A DNA stretch of 64,000 bases from an uncultured Methylomirabilota bacterium (GTDB lineage Bacteria; Methylomirabilota; Methylomirabilia; Methylomirabilales; 2-02-FULL-66-22): contig OY970067.1 in assembly GCA_963705305.1 (NCBI GenBank), positions 576,001 through 640,000 of the forward strand, read 5' to 3'. The position numbers were made by a program, and so were the translations under genes. The notes beneath the pieces were generated by a model. The model did not search any database. It had not been told where the DNA came from and worked only from the letters and a program-made list of their open reading frames with translations. This document shows positions 14,239 to 24,196 of this stretch, piece by piece (positions within the stretch are counted from its first letter, which is position 1; each line of letters opens with the position of its first letter).

Positions 14239-14904
14239 ATGCTGGCGGTGATCGTCGGTGGCGGACGGGGCGGCTCGTACCTGGCTCGCGACCTTCAGGC
14301 CCAGGGGTATCGGGTCACGGTGGTGGACAGCCGGACCGAGGTGGTGGCCAAGCTGCGCCAGGAGATCGAGGGCGATGTGATCTGCGGTGACGGCTGCAGC
14401 CCGCAGGTCCTGGAGCAGGTCGGGACGGCGAAGGCAAATCTGGTGGTCGCCCTGACCCATAATGACGAGGATAATCTCGTGGTCTGCCGCCTGGCCAAGC
14501 ACCATTTCCGGGTCCCCCGGGTCATCGCCCGCGTCAACAATCCCAGCAATGAATGGTTGTATACGAAGGACTGGGGAGTGGACGTGGCCATTAGCCAGGT
14601 CCACCTGACCGCCAAGGTCATCGAGGAGCAAATCGGCCTGGGCGAACTGGTCACGCTTCTGAAGTTGAATCGGGGAGAGGCCGCCCTGGTTGAGCTGTTC
14701 CTGCCCGAGGACTCTCCCTGCCGGGGGAAGGCCATCCGCGAGCTCAACCTGCCTCCCCAGACCGTCATTGTCAGCGTCATCCGCGGGGGCAAACTGGTCA
14801 TCCCGCGCGGCGACACCCGACTCGAATCCGGGGATGAGATCCTGGCGGTGAGCACCGTGGCCGCCGAACAGCCCCTGAAGGCCATCCTGGTCGGACCTGC
14901 CTGA
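14239..14904 (+). CDS. trkA: TrkA-family RCK potassium uptake regulator (second paralog)
   Basis: GGGRGG, DEDNLV, VIARVNNP, RCK_C domain. Confidence 0.9.
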   Translation: MLAVIVGGGRGGSYLARDLQAQGYRVTVVDSRTEVVAKLRQEIEGDVICGDGCSPQVLEQVGTAKANLVVALTHNDEDNLVVCRLAKHHFRVPRVIARVNNPSNEWLYTKDWGVDVAISQVHLTAKVIEEQIGLGELVTLLKLNRGEAALVELFLPEDSPCRGKAIRELNLPPQTVIVSVIRGGKLVIPRGDTRLESGDEILAVSTVAAEQPLKAILVGPA

Positions 14905-14915
14905 CAGGGACGCGT

Positions 14916-16727
14916 ATGCCCACAGCGTTGAAGCGGCTCTTCGTCGGCAGTCCGCTGGCGACCGCAGAGTCCCGCCACGAACGGCTGGGGAAGATCGCCG
15001 CGCTGGCGATCTTTGCCTCGGACATGATGTCCTCCGTCGCCTATGCCACGGAGGAGATCCTGCTGATCCTGGTCTTGGGGGGGACGGTCGCCCTCCAGTA
15101 CTCGCCCGAGATTGGCATCAGTATCGGTCTGCTGGCCGCCATGGTGGCCACCTCCTACTGGCAGACGATCCACGCCTATCCCTCCGGGGGCGGGGCCTAC
15201 GTGGTCGCCAACGACAACCTGGGCACCCTGCCCGGGCTCGTGGCCGGCTCCTCCCTTCTCGTGGACTACGTCCTGACCGTGTCGGTGAGCGTGGCGGCGG
15301 GAGTCGCCGCCATCACCTCGGCGTTCCCCGCGCTCTTTCCCCATCGCGTGGCGATGTGCGTGGTTTTCGTGGTCCTGGTCATGACCGCGAACCTGCGGGG
15401 CATCCGGGAGACCGGCCGGCTCTTCACCGTTCCCACCTACTGGTTCATCGGGTGCCTGATCCTTCTCATGGCCGGGGGATTGTATGCCCTGCTCACCCGG
15501 GGCGCCCCGCCGCCCCCGCCGGCCGTGCCGATCCAGGAGCCGTTGACCATCTACCTGCTCTTGCGGGCCTTCTCGTCGGGCTGCGCCGCCCTCACCGGGA
15601 TGGAGGCCGTCGCCAACGGGGTCCAGTTCTTCCGGGCGCCGGAATCCCGCAATGCCGGCATCACCCTGATCTGGATGGCCAGCATTTTGTCCCTGTCCTT
15701 TCTGGGGGTCACCTTCCTGGCCCATGCCTATCATATCGTCCCGCACCCCGAGGAGACGGTAGTGTCCATTCTGACCCGCCAAGTCTTCGGGCGGGGCGGC
15801 ATCTACTTCATGATCCAGGCGGCCACCGCGGTGATCCTCCTCCTGGCGGTCAACACCAGCTTCGCCGGGTTTCCCATGCTGGCCTCCATCATGGCCAAGG
15901 ATCGATTCCTCCCGCGGCAGTTCGCCAATCTGGGCGACCGGCTGGTCTTCAGCAACGGGATCATCATTCTCGCCTGCATCTCCACCGTCCTGCTGGTCGT
16001 GTTTCGCGGCAGCGTCGACGCCCTGATTCCCCTCTACGCCATCGGCGTGTTCACGGCCTTCACCTTGTCCCAAGCCGGCATGGTCAAGCACTGGCGAAAA
16101 GAGCAGGGCCCGCGCTGGCGGTCTCACGCCGTCGTCAACGCCGTGGGTGCCGTCCTGACGGGGGTCGTCGTCGTTGTCATCGGGGCGACCAAGTTCGTGC
16201 ACGGAGCCTGGATCGTCATCATCGTCATCCCGCTTCTGGTTCTCACGTTCCTGAGCATCCGCCGCCACTACGACTCTCTCGGGCGCCAGCTCACCCTGCA
16301 GGGATTTTCACCGCCCAAGCTGGGCCGCCATCCGGTGGTGGTCCTGGTGGGCGGGATTCACCGGGGAGTGGTCACGGCCCTGACCTACGCCAAGGCCATC
16401 TCGCCCAATGTCACCGCCATCACCGTCGACCTGGATCCCACCGCAACCGCCAAGCTCCAGCGGCATTGGGACGAGTGGGCTCCGGGCGTCCCGCTGGTCG
16501 TGCTGGACTCCCCCTACCGATCCATCCTGCAGCCGGTCCTGCACTACATCGATCAGATGGAAAAGCAGCGGGACGGGGACTACATGACCATCATCTTGCC
16601 GGAGTTCATTCCGGCCAAGTGGTGGCAGCACCTTCTGCACAATCAGACGGCCCTCCTGATCAAGGCCGCCCTGCTCTTCCGGCGAGGGAAGGTGGCGATC
16701 AGCATCCCGTATCATCTCGACCAGTAG
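14916..16727 (+). CDS. KimA/YdaO-like APC-fold K+ transporter
   Basis: SDMMSSVAYATEE, AYPSGGGAY, LTGMEAVANG, RLVFSNG, SPYRS, WWQHLLHNQTAL motifs. Confidence 0.88.
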   Translation: MPTALKRLFVGSPLATAESRHERLGKIAALAIFASDMMSSVAYATEEILLILVLGGTVALQYSPEIGISIGLLAAMVATSYWQTIHAYPSGGGAYVVANDNLGTLPGLVAGSSLLVDYVLTVSVSVAAGVAAITSAFPALFPHRVAMCVVFVVLVMTANLRGIRETGRLFTVPTYWFIGCLILLMAGGLYALLTRGAPPPPPAVPIQEPLTIYLLLRAFSSGCAALTGMEAVANGVQFFRAPESRNAGITLIWMASILSLSFLGVTFLAHAYHIVPHPEETVVSILTRQVFGRGGIYFMIQAATAVILLLAVNTSFAGFPMLASIMAKDRFLPRQFANLGDRLVFSNGIIILACISTVLLVVFRGSVDALIPLYAIGVFTAFTLSQAGMVKHWRKEQGPRWRSHAVVNAVGAVLTGVVVVVIGATKFVHGAWIVIIVIPLLVLTFLSIRRHYDSLGRQLTLQGFSPPKLGRHPVVVLVGGIHRGVVTALTYAKAISPNVTAITVDLDPTATAKLQRHWDEWAPGVPLVVLDSPYRSILQPVLHYIDQMEKQRDGDYMTIILPEFIPAKWWQHLLHNQTALLIKAALLFRRGKVAISIPYHLDQ

Positions 16728-16740
16728 CCGGGCCGCTCCC

Positions 16741-16769
16741 TTGACACCCTCCAGGAGCTAGCATAGCAT
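16741..16769 (+). promoter_or_regulatory. Putative internal sigma70 promoter for the second kimA-like gene
   Basis: TTGACA-N17-TAGCAT, same hexamers as at 13448. Confidence 0.65.
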
Positions 16770-16817
16770 TCGCCCCGAACTGGGGGGCACCTGGGCGGTC
16801 CGCTCGGTGGAGGCTGC

Positions 16818-18638
16818 ATGGCAAGTTCCCTGAAGCGCATGATCCTCGGCCGGCCCTTGACCACGCTGGCAGAGCGGCACGAGCGGCTGGGTAAGATCGC
16901 CGGTCTGGCGGTCTTCTCGTCCGACGCCCTCTCGTCGGTCGCCTACGGAACGGAGGAGATCCTCTGGATTCTGGTGACTGCCGGAACGGCGGCGCTGACC
17001 CTCGGCCTGCCCATCATGATCGGGATCGTCGCCCTCGTCACCATCGTGGCCAGCTCTTACTGGCAGACGATTCACGCCTACCCGTCCGGCGGGGGCGCGT
17101 ACATCGTCGCCAAGGACAACCTGGGCACCCTTCCCGGCCTCATCGCGGGGGCGGCGCTCTTGATCGACTACGTCCTGACCGTGGCCGTGAGCACCGCGGC
17201 GGGCGTGGCCGCCATCACGTCGGCCTTCCCTCCGCTGTATCCCTGGCGGGTGGCCTTCTGCGTCCTCAGCGTCATCGCCGTGACCATCGCCAACCTGCGG
17301 GGGGTGCGGGAATCGGGGCGCCTTTTCACCATCCCCACCTACTGGTTCATCGGCAGCATTATCCTGCTCATCCTCGCCGGGCTCTGGCGGGTGGCCAGCG
17401 GGACGGTCCACCCGCTCCCGGCCGAGAACGTCACGCCGACGCATGCGCTCACCGTTTTCCTGATCCTCCGGGCCTTCGCCTCGGGGTGCGCCACCCTCAC
17501 CGGCATCGAGGCCGTGAGCAACGGCATCCCCGCCTTCCGGCCCCCGGAGCCCCGCAATGCCAGCGTCACGCTGGCGTGGATGGCCTCGATCCTCGGCGGC
17601 ACCTCGCTTGGCGTCGCCTTCCTCGCCCACGTCTACAAGGTGATCCCGCACGAGACGCAAACCATCGTGTCCATGCTGGCGCACGGCGTGTTTGGGGACG
17701 GGCTGCTCTATTACAACATCCAGGTCGCCACGGCCCTCATCCTGTTTCTGGCGGTGAACACGTCCTATCAGGACTTCCCGCGCCTGTCCTCCATCCTAGC
17801 GCGCGACGGCTTTATGCCGCGCCAGATGGCCAATCGGGGGGACCGGCTGGTCTTCAGCAACGGCATTCTGATCCTCGCGATCCTCTCCATCGTTCTCCTG
17901 GTGATGTTTCAGGGCAGCGTCAACGAGCTCATCCCCCTGTACGCCGTCGGAGTCTTCCTCTCTTTCACCCTGTCCCAAAGCGGGATGGTCCGCCACTGGC
18001 TGAAGCTCCAGGACGAGCATCCGGCGCCCCACCACATTGCCCTGAACGGACTGGGAGCCCTGTGCACGGGTGTGGTCACGGTGGTCATTGCCGCCACGAA
18101 ATTCACCCACGGGGCCTGGATGGTCATCGTCCTGATCCCCCTCATCGTCTTGGGCTTCCTGCGGGTGCACCGGCACTACCAGTTCGTCGCTTCCCAGCTC
18201 TCGTTGGAGGGAGCCCGCCGTCCGCGGATCGGTAAGAATCCCGTGGTGATCTTGGTGGGGGGCATCCACCGTGGGGTGGTGGAGGCGTTGGAGTACGCCA
18301 AGGCCATTTCACCCGACGTCACCGCGCTCACGGTGGATCTGGACACGACCCAGACCGCTAAGCTACGGCGGCGCTGGGCCGAATGGGCGCCCGACGTCCC
18401 GCTGGTGGTGCTGGAGTCTCCGTACCGCTCCGTCCTGCAGCCCGTCCTAGACTACATCGATCGCATGGAGCGGCAGGGTGCGGGACGCTACCTGACCATC
18501 GTGCTTCCCGAATTCGTCCCGTCCCACTGGTGGGAGCATTTCCTCCACAATCAGACCGCGCTGCTCATCAAGGCGGCCCTGCTCTTCCGGCACGGCAAGA
18601 TCACCGTCAGCATTCCCTACCATTTGGGAGAGGAGTAG
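16818..18638 (+). CDS. KimA/YdaO-like APC-fold K+ transporter (paralog)
   Basis: SDALSSVAYGTEE, LTGIEAVSNG, WWEHFLHNQTAL; colinear with the upstream copy. Confidence 0.88.
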   Translation: MASSLKRMILGRPLTTLAERHERLGKIAGLAVFSSDALSSVAYGTEEILWILVTAGTAALTLGLPIMIGIVALVTIVASSYWQTIHAYPSGGGAYIVAKDNLGTLPGLIAGAALLIDYVLTVAVSTAAGVAAITSAFPPLYPWRVAFCVLSVIAVTIANLRGVRESGRLFTIPTYWFIGSIILLILAGLWRVASGTVHPLPAENVTPTHALTVFLILRAFASGCATLTGIEAVSNGIPAFRPPEPRNASVTLAWMASILGGTSLGVAFLAHVYKVIPHETQTIVSMLAHGVFGDGLLYYNIQVATALILFLAVNTSYQDFPRLSSILARDGFMPRQMANRGDRLVFSNGILILAILSIVLLVMFQGSVNELIPLYAVGVFLSFTLSQSGMVRHWLKLQDEHPAPHHIALNGLGALCTGVVTVVIAATKFTHGAWMVIVLIPLIVLGFLRVHRHYQFVASQLSLEGARRPRIGKNPVVILVGGIHRGVVEALEYAKAISPDVTALTVDLDTTQTAKLRRRWAEWAPDVPLVVLESPYRSVLQPVLDYIDRMERQGAGRYLTIVLPEFVPSHWWEHFLHNQTALLIKAALLFRHGKITVSIPYHLGEE

Positions 18639-18780
18639 GGTCTGTGCGCCGGTTCGCCATTGGCCGGCTGAAGCCGCTGGCCCGCCGGGGTCCCCTCGCC
18701 AACATGGGGCACCCGCTTCCCTCCGGCGTGCGGCATGCCGCGCCAGCGGACCGGCTGGCGGACGCCCCGGGGGGATCGCC

Positions 18781-20676
18781 GTGAATCTGCGCGCCAAGTT
18801 GATCATCGGCTATCTACTTTTCGTGGCGGCCCTGGTTGCGCTGGGGGCCTGGAGCGCCTGGGGCCTGCTGGAGATGGGCGGGGTCTCCCGGCATATCCTG
18901 GCCAATAACTACGATTCGGTGGTGGCGGCTCAGGGTATGCGGGAAAGCCTCGATCGCCAGTGGTCGGCCATCCTGTTTGTCGCGCTGGGGCACCGCGAGA
19001 CGGCGCTCAACACGCTGGCGAAAGAGCGGAGGCGATTCGACACGTTTTTCCAGACGGCGGCCAACAACATCACGGAGCCGACCGAGCAGGACGTCATCGA
19101 CGCGATCCGCCGTGATCGGGACGCGTTCTCCCGCGGCGTGGACGGCCTGCTCGCTCAGTCACGACCCCTCCCCCGCGGACCCTCGATCCCCGCACACGCG
19201 GCCCGGCCAGACCGCGGAGAGGCGGGAACGGGGGTGCTGGGCCTCGAGGGCCGCTTCCACCAGCTCCAGCAGGACTGCGACAGCCTGATCCAGCTCAACC
19301 AGCAGGCCATGGTGGCGAAGTCCGAGGCGGCGGCCAGCGTCGCCCGCCGGTGGGTGCTGGCGACCCTGGGCATCGCGGGGGCGCTCATCGTCGCCGGGAT
19401 AGGGCTGGCGGTGCTTCTGGCCGACCGGATCGTGCAGCCCATCCGCGAGCTCACCTCGACCATGGCCCGGGTTGCCGGCGGCGACCTGGATGCCCGGGCG
19501 CCGGTTCGTTCGCAAGACGAGGTGGGGACGCTGGCTGCGGGGTTCAACAGCATGGCCGAGCGCATCCGGCAGCTCCGACGATCCGATCTGGGCAAGCTGC
19601 TGGTCGCCCAGCAGACTACCCTAGCGGCGATCGACTCGCTCTACGATCCGGTCATCGTCACGGATGCGGGGGGCGCGGTCACCAAGTTGAACCCCGCCGC
19701 CGAAGAGCTCTTCGGACCGGAGCGCCGGCACCTCGGGAAGCACGTGCGCGAGATCGCTCCCGACAGCCGGATCACCATCGCCGTCGCCGAAACCTTGAGC
19801 TCACAGCAGCCGGTGGCCGGCGAGGGGGCCGCCTCGGTGTTCCCGCTGGTGGTCGACGGTGCGGAGCACGCGTTTCGCCTGCGCACGACCCCGATGCGGG
19901 ACGAGGAGGGAGCGCTGCTGGGAGCGGTGACACTGCTGGAAGATATCACGCATCTTCGCGAGATCGACCGCCTCAAATCCGAATTCATCGCCACCGCCTC
20001 CCACGAGCTCCGCACACCGCTCACCAGCGTCCAGATGAGCGTCCACCTGCTGCTGGAGGGGGCCGCCGGGGCGCTCTCGGACAGCCAGCGGGAGCTGCTG
20101 GCGGACTGCCGCGAGGACTGCGACCGGCTGGAGCGACTCATGCACGACCTGCTGGACCTCTCCAAGATCGAGGCCGGGGAATCGGCGCCGCACCTGTCTC
20201 CCACCCCGGCCGGCAGCCTGATCACCGAGGTGGCGGAGGCCCTCCGGCCCCAGATCGAATCCAAGGGGCTGCGGCTGACCTTCGACGCGGCGGCAGACTT
20301 GCCCTGCGTGGCGGCGGATCGGGGGCAGATCGAGCGGGTCATCACTAACCTGGTCAGCAACGCGCTCCGCCATACCGAGCCGGGAGGCGAGATCCGCATC
20401 AGCGCGATCCGCCGGGAAGATGCCGTCGCCGTTTCGGTGACCGACACCGGTCGCGGGATTCCCCCCGAGTACCTCCCCCGGATCTTCGACAAGTTCATCC
20501 GGGTGCCGAACGCCCCGTCCGGAGGCGCCGGATTGGGCCTGGCCATTTCGAAGCAGATCGTGGAGGCCCACGGCGGCCGGATTGTTGTACAATCAAGCCC
20601 GGGGCACGGGACCACGTTCACCTTCACCCTGCGGGCGATTGAGCCACCCGCCGCCGCGCCCCCGATCCACGGGTGA
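18781..20676 (+). CDS. Sensor histidine kinase (TM, extracytoplasmic helical sensor, TM, HAMP, PAS, HisKA, HATPase)
   Basis: ASHELRTPL H-box, NLVSNALRH, DTGRGI, GAGLGLAI motifs. Confidence 0.92.
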   Translation: MNLRAKLIIGYLLFVAALVALGAWSAWGLLEMGGVSRHILANNYDSVVAAQGMRESLDRQWSAILFVALGHRETALNTLAKERRRFDTFFQTAANNITEPTEQDVIDAIRRDRDAFSRGVDGLLAQSRPLPRGPSIPAHAARPDRGEAGTGVLGLEGRFHQLQQDCDSLIQLNQQAMVAKSEAAASVARRWVLATLGIAGALIVAGIGLAVLLADRIVQPIRELTSTMARVAGGDLDARAPVRSQDEVGTLAAGFNSMAERIRQLRRSDLGKLLVAQQTTLAAIDSLYDPVIVTDAGGAVTKLNPAAEELFGPERRHLGKHVREIAPDSRITIAVAETLSSQQPVAGEGAASVFPLVVDGAEHAFRLRTTPMRDEEGALLGAVTLLEDITHLREIDRLKSEFIATASHELRTPLTSVQMSVHLLLEGAAGALSDSQRELLADCREDCDRLERLMHDLLDLSKIEAGESAPHLSPTPAGSLITEVAEALRPQIESKGLRLTFDAAADLPCVAADRGQIERVITNLVSNALRHTEPGGEIRISAIRREDAVAVSVTDTGRGIPPEYLPRIFDKFIRVPNAPSGGAGLGLAISKQIVEAHGGRIVVQSSPGHGTTFTFTLRAIEPPAAAPPIHG

Positions 20677-20686
20677 GAGGAGCAGC

Positions 20687-21436
20687 ATGAGCGCGCGCAT
20701 ACTGATCGTCGACGATGAAGCGCATATCCGGCGCGTCATGCGCATGACCCTTGAGGCCTCCGGCTACGAGGTGGGGGAGGCGGCCGACGGCCTGCGCGGC
20801 CTGGAGGCCTTCGGCGACGGCTCCACCTGGGACGCGGTGCTGCTGGATCAGCGGATGCCCGGCATCGACGGCCTGGAGACGCTCCGGCGCATGAAGGGTC
20901 GGAAGGCGGATGCCTGCATCATCATGGTCACCGCCTACGGCTCCATCGAGCTCGCCGTGGACGCGATGAAGCTCGGCGCGACCGACTTCGTGCGCAAGCC
21001 GATGACGCCGGAGACCGTCCGCAACGCCGTCAGCGTGGCCCTGGCTCGCCCGACGGCCCCCGCACAGGCCCCCGAGCAGGCCCCCATGGTGGTGAGCCGA
21101 CTGACCTTGAACGGGTTCCGCCTGTGGCCGATCTCGGAGCCGCCGGGTCTCCGGTCGTCCGGGAGCAGTGTCCGGCGCTTCACCGTCCGGCAGCCGGACG
21201 GGCAGGAGCAGGAGGTCATCGTGGAGATCGACCCCGGCGCGATCCGGGCGGTCGAGCACGCCACCCACCGCCAGTTCCCCTCCGACAGCAGCTTCTGGAC
21301 CTGGGAGGCGGAACGCGCCCTCAACGATTTTCTCTGGATCGAGGGCCGGGTCCCTCCCGGCGGGAGACTAACGATCCATCAGGTTAGTCGGAATCACCTG
21401 CAGGTCGCCGCGGCGTGGGACAGCGAGGGCGATTGA
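20687..21436 (+). CDS. Response regulator with an unrecognised C-terminal domain
   Basis: ILIVDDE, LLDQRMPG, TAYG, KP receiver motifs; C-terminal ~120 aa shows no evident HTH. Confidence 0.88.
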   Translation: MSARILIVDDEAHIRRVMRMTLEASGYEVGEAADGLRGLEAFGDGSTWDAVLLDQRMPGIDGLETLRRMKGRKADACIIMVTAYGSIELAVDAMKLGATDFVRKPMTPETVRNAVSVALARPTAPAQAPEQAPMVVSRLTLNGFRLWPISEPPGLRSSGSSVRRFTVRQPDGQEQEVIVEIDPGAIRAVEHATHRQFPSDSSFWTWEAERALNDFLWIEGRVPPGGRLTIHQVSRNHLQVAAAWDSEGD

Positions 21437-21610
21437 CGGCGGCCGCCGAAGCGGGATTTCGGCCGCACCGGCCGGCAATCAAGCCTGGCGGTCTTCCGCC
21501 GGGGGAAGAACGGCAGATTCGGCGCTTCCTGCAACCCGCGCTGCCCGGTCAGGGCTCTTGGCTGGCTGCAGGGCGAGGCGGTATGGCGGCTCGGGCGCAC
21601 GTTATAAATC

Positions 21611-24010
21611 TCAATTCTTCCACGGGGGCCGCTGTTCGTTCGTCCCGGCCGACTCCAGCCTGCGGGTTGCCAGTTTGCGGAGTAATTCCTCTCGGTTCGG
21701 TCCGCTGAGCTCTTCCGCCAGTCGCGCGAGCGCCTCCGCAACGATATCCCGGTGGTGCACCCCTTCGGCCCCGGCCTTCTCGGTGACCTCCAGCCACAGG
21801 CGATGGACGAGGTCGATGTCCTCTGCGGTCAAGCTCGGCGTGTGCGCCCCGAGGTAGAAGTCCTGGAGCTGGCCGTCAGGCTGCACCACCCGGTAGCGAA
21901 CGGTGTGCTGTGGCTTTTGCGGGAGGGCCTCCCAGGCCCGTCCCATCCGCCTCGCCATCTCCTCGGACGTCATGACGCCCGAGCGACCGGCGTAGATCTC
22001 CCACGAGTCGAGCTGGTATGCAGTCACCACGGCCGCCTGGAACACGTCGGATGACGGGACCACGAGGAGGTCCACGTGCTTCCCCGCCTTCTCGGCGAGG
22101 GCGACGACACGAGTGAACAACTGCTGTTCGTAGGCAGAGAACAGCCTGTTGACATCCAGATTCTTGTAGCCCATGTCTGGACCTCGCGCCACCCGCACAG
22201 TTATGACCACCAGGTTCTTCTTGCCGGTATGCGTGAACTCCAGCGCCTTGGCCACGTGGCTGAGGTTGTTGTAATCCCGCACCAGGCAGAGGGTGTTCCC
22301 CGGACGGATCCCCACGATCTGAGGCGAGATCTCTTCCTCCGGATGGATTTTGAACTGGTCCAGCTCTACGTGGCCGCGACCCGCCAAGCGGCGCAGATTG
22401 ATCCGCTCGGACACCTCGAACATGATGAAGAACACCAGGGTGAACGCCACCCCGCTGACCGTGGCCACCTGCTTTGTCAGCAGGTTGATCCCGGCGATGG
22501 AGAAGAGCAGGGCTGTAATGATCCCCAGGCCGAGGGGCAGCTCGATTCCACCCAGCGGTAGGTTGAGCGGGACCTTCCACTCGCGCGGCCGCTTGTCGGT
22601 GTAGCGCAAAACGAGGACGGCCAACCCCTTCATGGCGAAGGACCAGATCACGCCGAAGGCGTAGGCCTCCCCCAGGACATAGACGTTGCCCCGGGAGCCG
22701 ATGATGGTCGCGAGCTGCAGGATCACGATGAGGTTGATGAGGCGATAGCTCGTCCCAAAGCGTTTGTGGGGAGCCCGGAACCAATCGGTCAGGACGCCAT
22801 CCTCGCTCACTCGGTTCAACACGCCGTTGGAGCCGACGATGGCGGTGTTGACCGCGCCGGCCAGGATCAGGAAACCCACGATCACAATGAAGGCCTGGAA
22901 GACAAGCTTCAAGGGCACTGGTCCGATCACGTGCATCGCGATCCCGCTGATCAGGTTATCGTAGTACTGCGGCCGGATGGCGTCGGGGATGATGGCGAAG
23001 GCGAAAAAGGAGACGAGGGAGGTGAAGAGCAGGGAGTACACGAAGATCACCAACCCCGCCCGCATGAGGTTCTTGTGTTTCGGGTATTCCAGCTCGCGGT
23101 TGACCTGGGCTAGGGACTCTTCGCCGGACATGGCGAGGACCGAATGGCCGAACGCCATGAGGATGCCGATGAGGCCGAGGAGCATTCCCGCCTTGGGACC
23201 GAGCCCGTACTGCGGCCCCTCTTGCCCGGGGGTCGCCGAGGCGGCGTCGGCCTTGGGCGCTTCGCTGGCCTGGGGCCGGAATGTCCCCGGGAGGAGTTGC
23301 GGCATCCAGCCCACGGCGTCAGTATTGAAGGAGAGGTTGGAGGCTACCGGCAGAGGCGGGAGCTTCTGCGCCGTGGGCTGGGTGAGAATGGTGACCGTGC
23401 TCCACAGGATCATGATGACCACCATCACCGTCGTGACGTACATGATCCTGAGGGCATCCGTGGAGGACTCGTGGATCCCCCGGGTATTCCGCCACCAGAA
23501 ATAGCAGGTGATGAGCACCGCGATACCCGCCGCCAGGAGGTTGACGCTGTCCTTGGGGGGCTCCCACGGGTGGCCGAAGTAGGTCATCGTCTGGGCTGCG
23601 AGGCCAACGATGTACTGCCCGGCAGAAACGCCCGAGATCGGCCCGGTCAGCACGTAGTCAAACATCAGCGCCGAGACCGAGAGCTTCGCCAGCGTGCCGC
23701 CCATGGCCTCCTTGACCACCCGGTAGACACCACCGCGGGTGAACATGGCGCAGGATTCGACATAGACAGCCCGGACAGCGTAAGAGAACAGCATCACGCC
23801 CAGGATAAACCAGGGTGCCGCGTGGCCTACAGCCTGCTCAGCGATGCCACCGGCATAGAAGGCGGAGGATGCGAGATCATTCAAAACGATGGCCGCCGCC
23901 CGCCAGAACGAGATGAAGCTGAGCATGACCGACGTGGCGACGACAACCTTCGTCTGGGTCGTGGGGTGCACCGCGACCGATTTGGCGGTTTGTTCCGGCG
24001 ATGACGACAC
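21611..24010 (-). CDS. APC-family permease with large cytoplasmic C-terminus (distant KimA/YdaO relative)
   Basis: About 12 TM; LNDLASSAFY, RGGVYRVV, MSGEESLAQ; GTG start with AAAGGAG RBS. Confidence 0.8.
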   Translation of the reverse strand: MSSSPEQTAKSVAVHPTTQTKVVVATSVMLSFISFWRAAAIVLNDLASSAFYAGGIAEQAVGHAAPWFILGVMLFSYAVRAVYVESCAMFTRGGVYRVVKEAMGGTLAKLSVSALMFDYVLTGPISGVSAGQYIVGLAAQTMTYFGHPWEPPKDSVNLLAAGIAVLITCYFWWRNTRGIHESSTDALRIMYVTTVMVVIMILWSTVTILTQPTAQKLPPLPVASNLSFNTDAVGWMPQLLPGTFRPQASEAPKADAASATPGQEGPQYGLGPKAGMLLGLIGILMAFGHSVLAMSGEESLAQVNRELEYPKHKNLMRAGLVIFVYSLLFTSLVSFFAFAIIPDAIRPQYYDNLISGIAMHVIGPVPLKLVFQAFIVIVGFLILAGAVNTAIVGSNGVLNRVSEDGVLTDWFRAPHKRFGTSYRLINLIVILQLATIIGSRGNVYVLGEAYAFGVIWSFAMKGLAVLVLRYTDKRPREWKVPLNLPLGGIELPLGLGIITALLFSIAGINLLTKQVATVSGVAFTLVFFIMFEVSERINLRRLAGRGHVELDQFKIHPEEEISPQIVGIRPGNTLCLVRDYNNLSHVAKALEFTHTGKKNLVVITVRVARGPDMGYKNLDVNRLFSAYEQQLFTRVVALAEKAGKHVDLLVVPSSDVFQAAVVTAYQLDSWEIYAGRSGVMTSEEMARRMGRAWEALPQKPQHTVRYRVVQPDGQLQDFYLGAHTPSLTAEDIDLVHRLWLEVTEKAGAEGVHHRDIVAEALARLAEELSGPNREELLRKLATRRLESAGTNEQRPPWKN

Positions 24011-24196
24011 GGGGCTTGCTCCTTTATGGTGGCGGAATGTCCCACTGGATGCCACCCCTTGCGGCCTTCTTTCTCCTCACGGAATCGTGGCCCGTCGGTA
24101 CGGCGGGGAGTCTAGCACCCGACGATACCACCCGCAACCGTCCCCGCACCTGAGCCCGGGCTTGACCCGGGCTGTCGCGCTCCGTAGAATCCTCGC

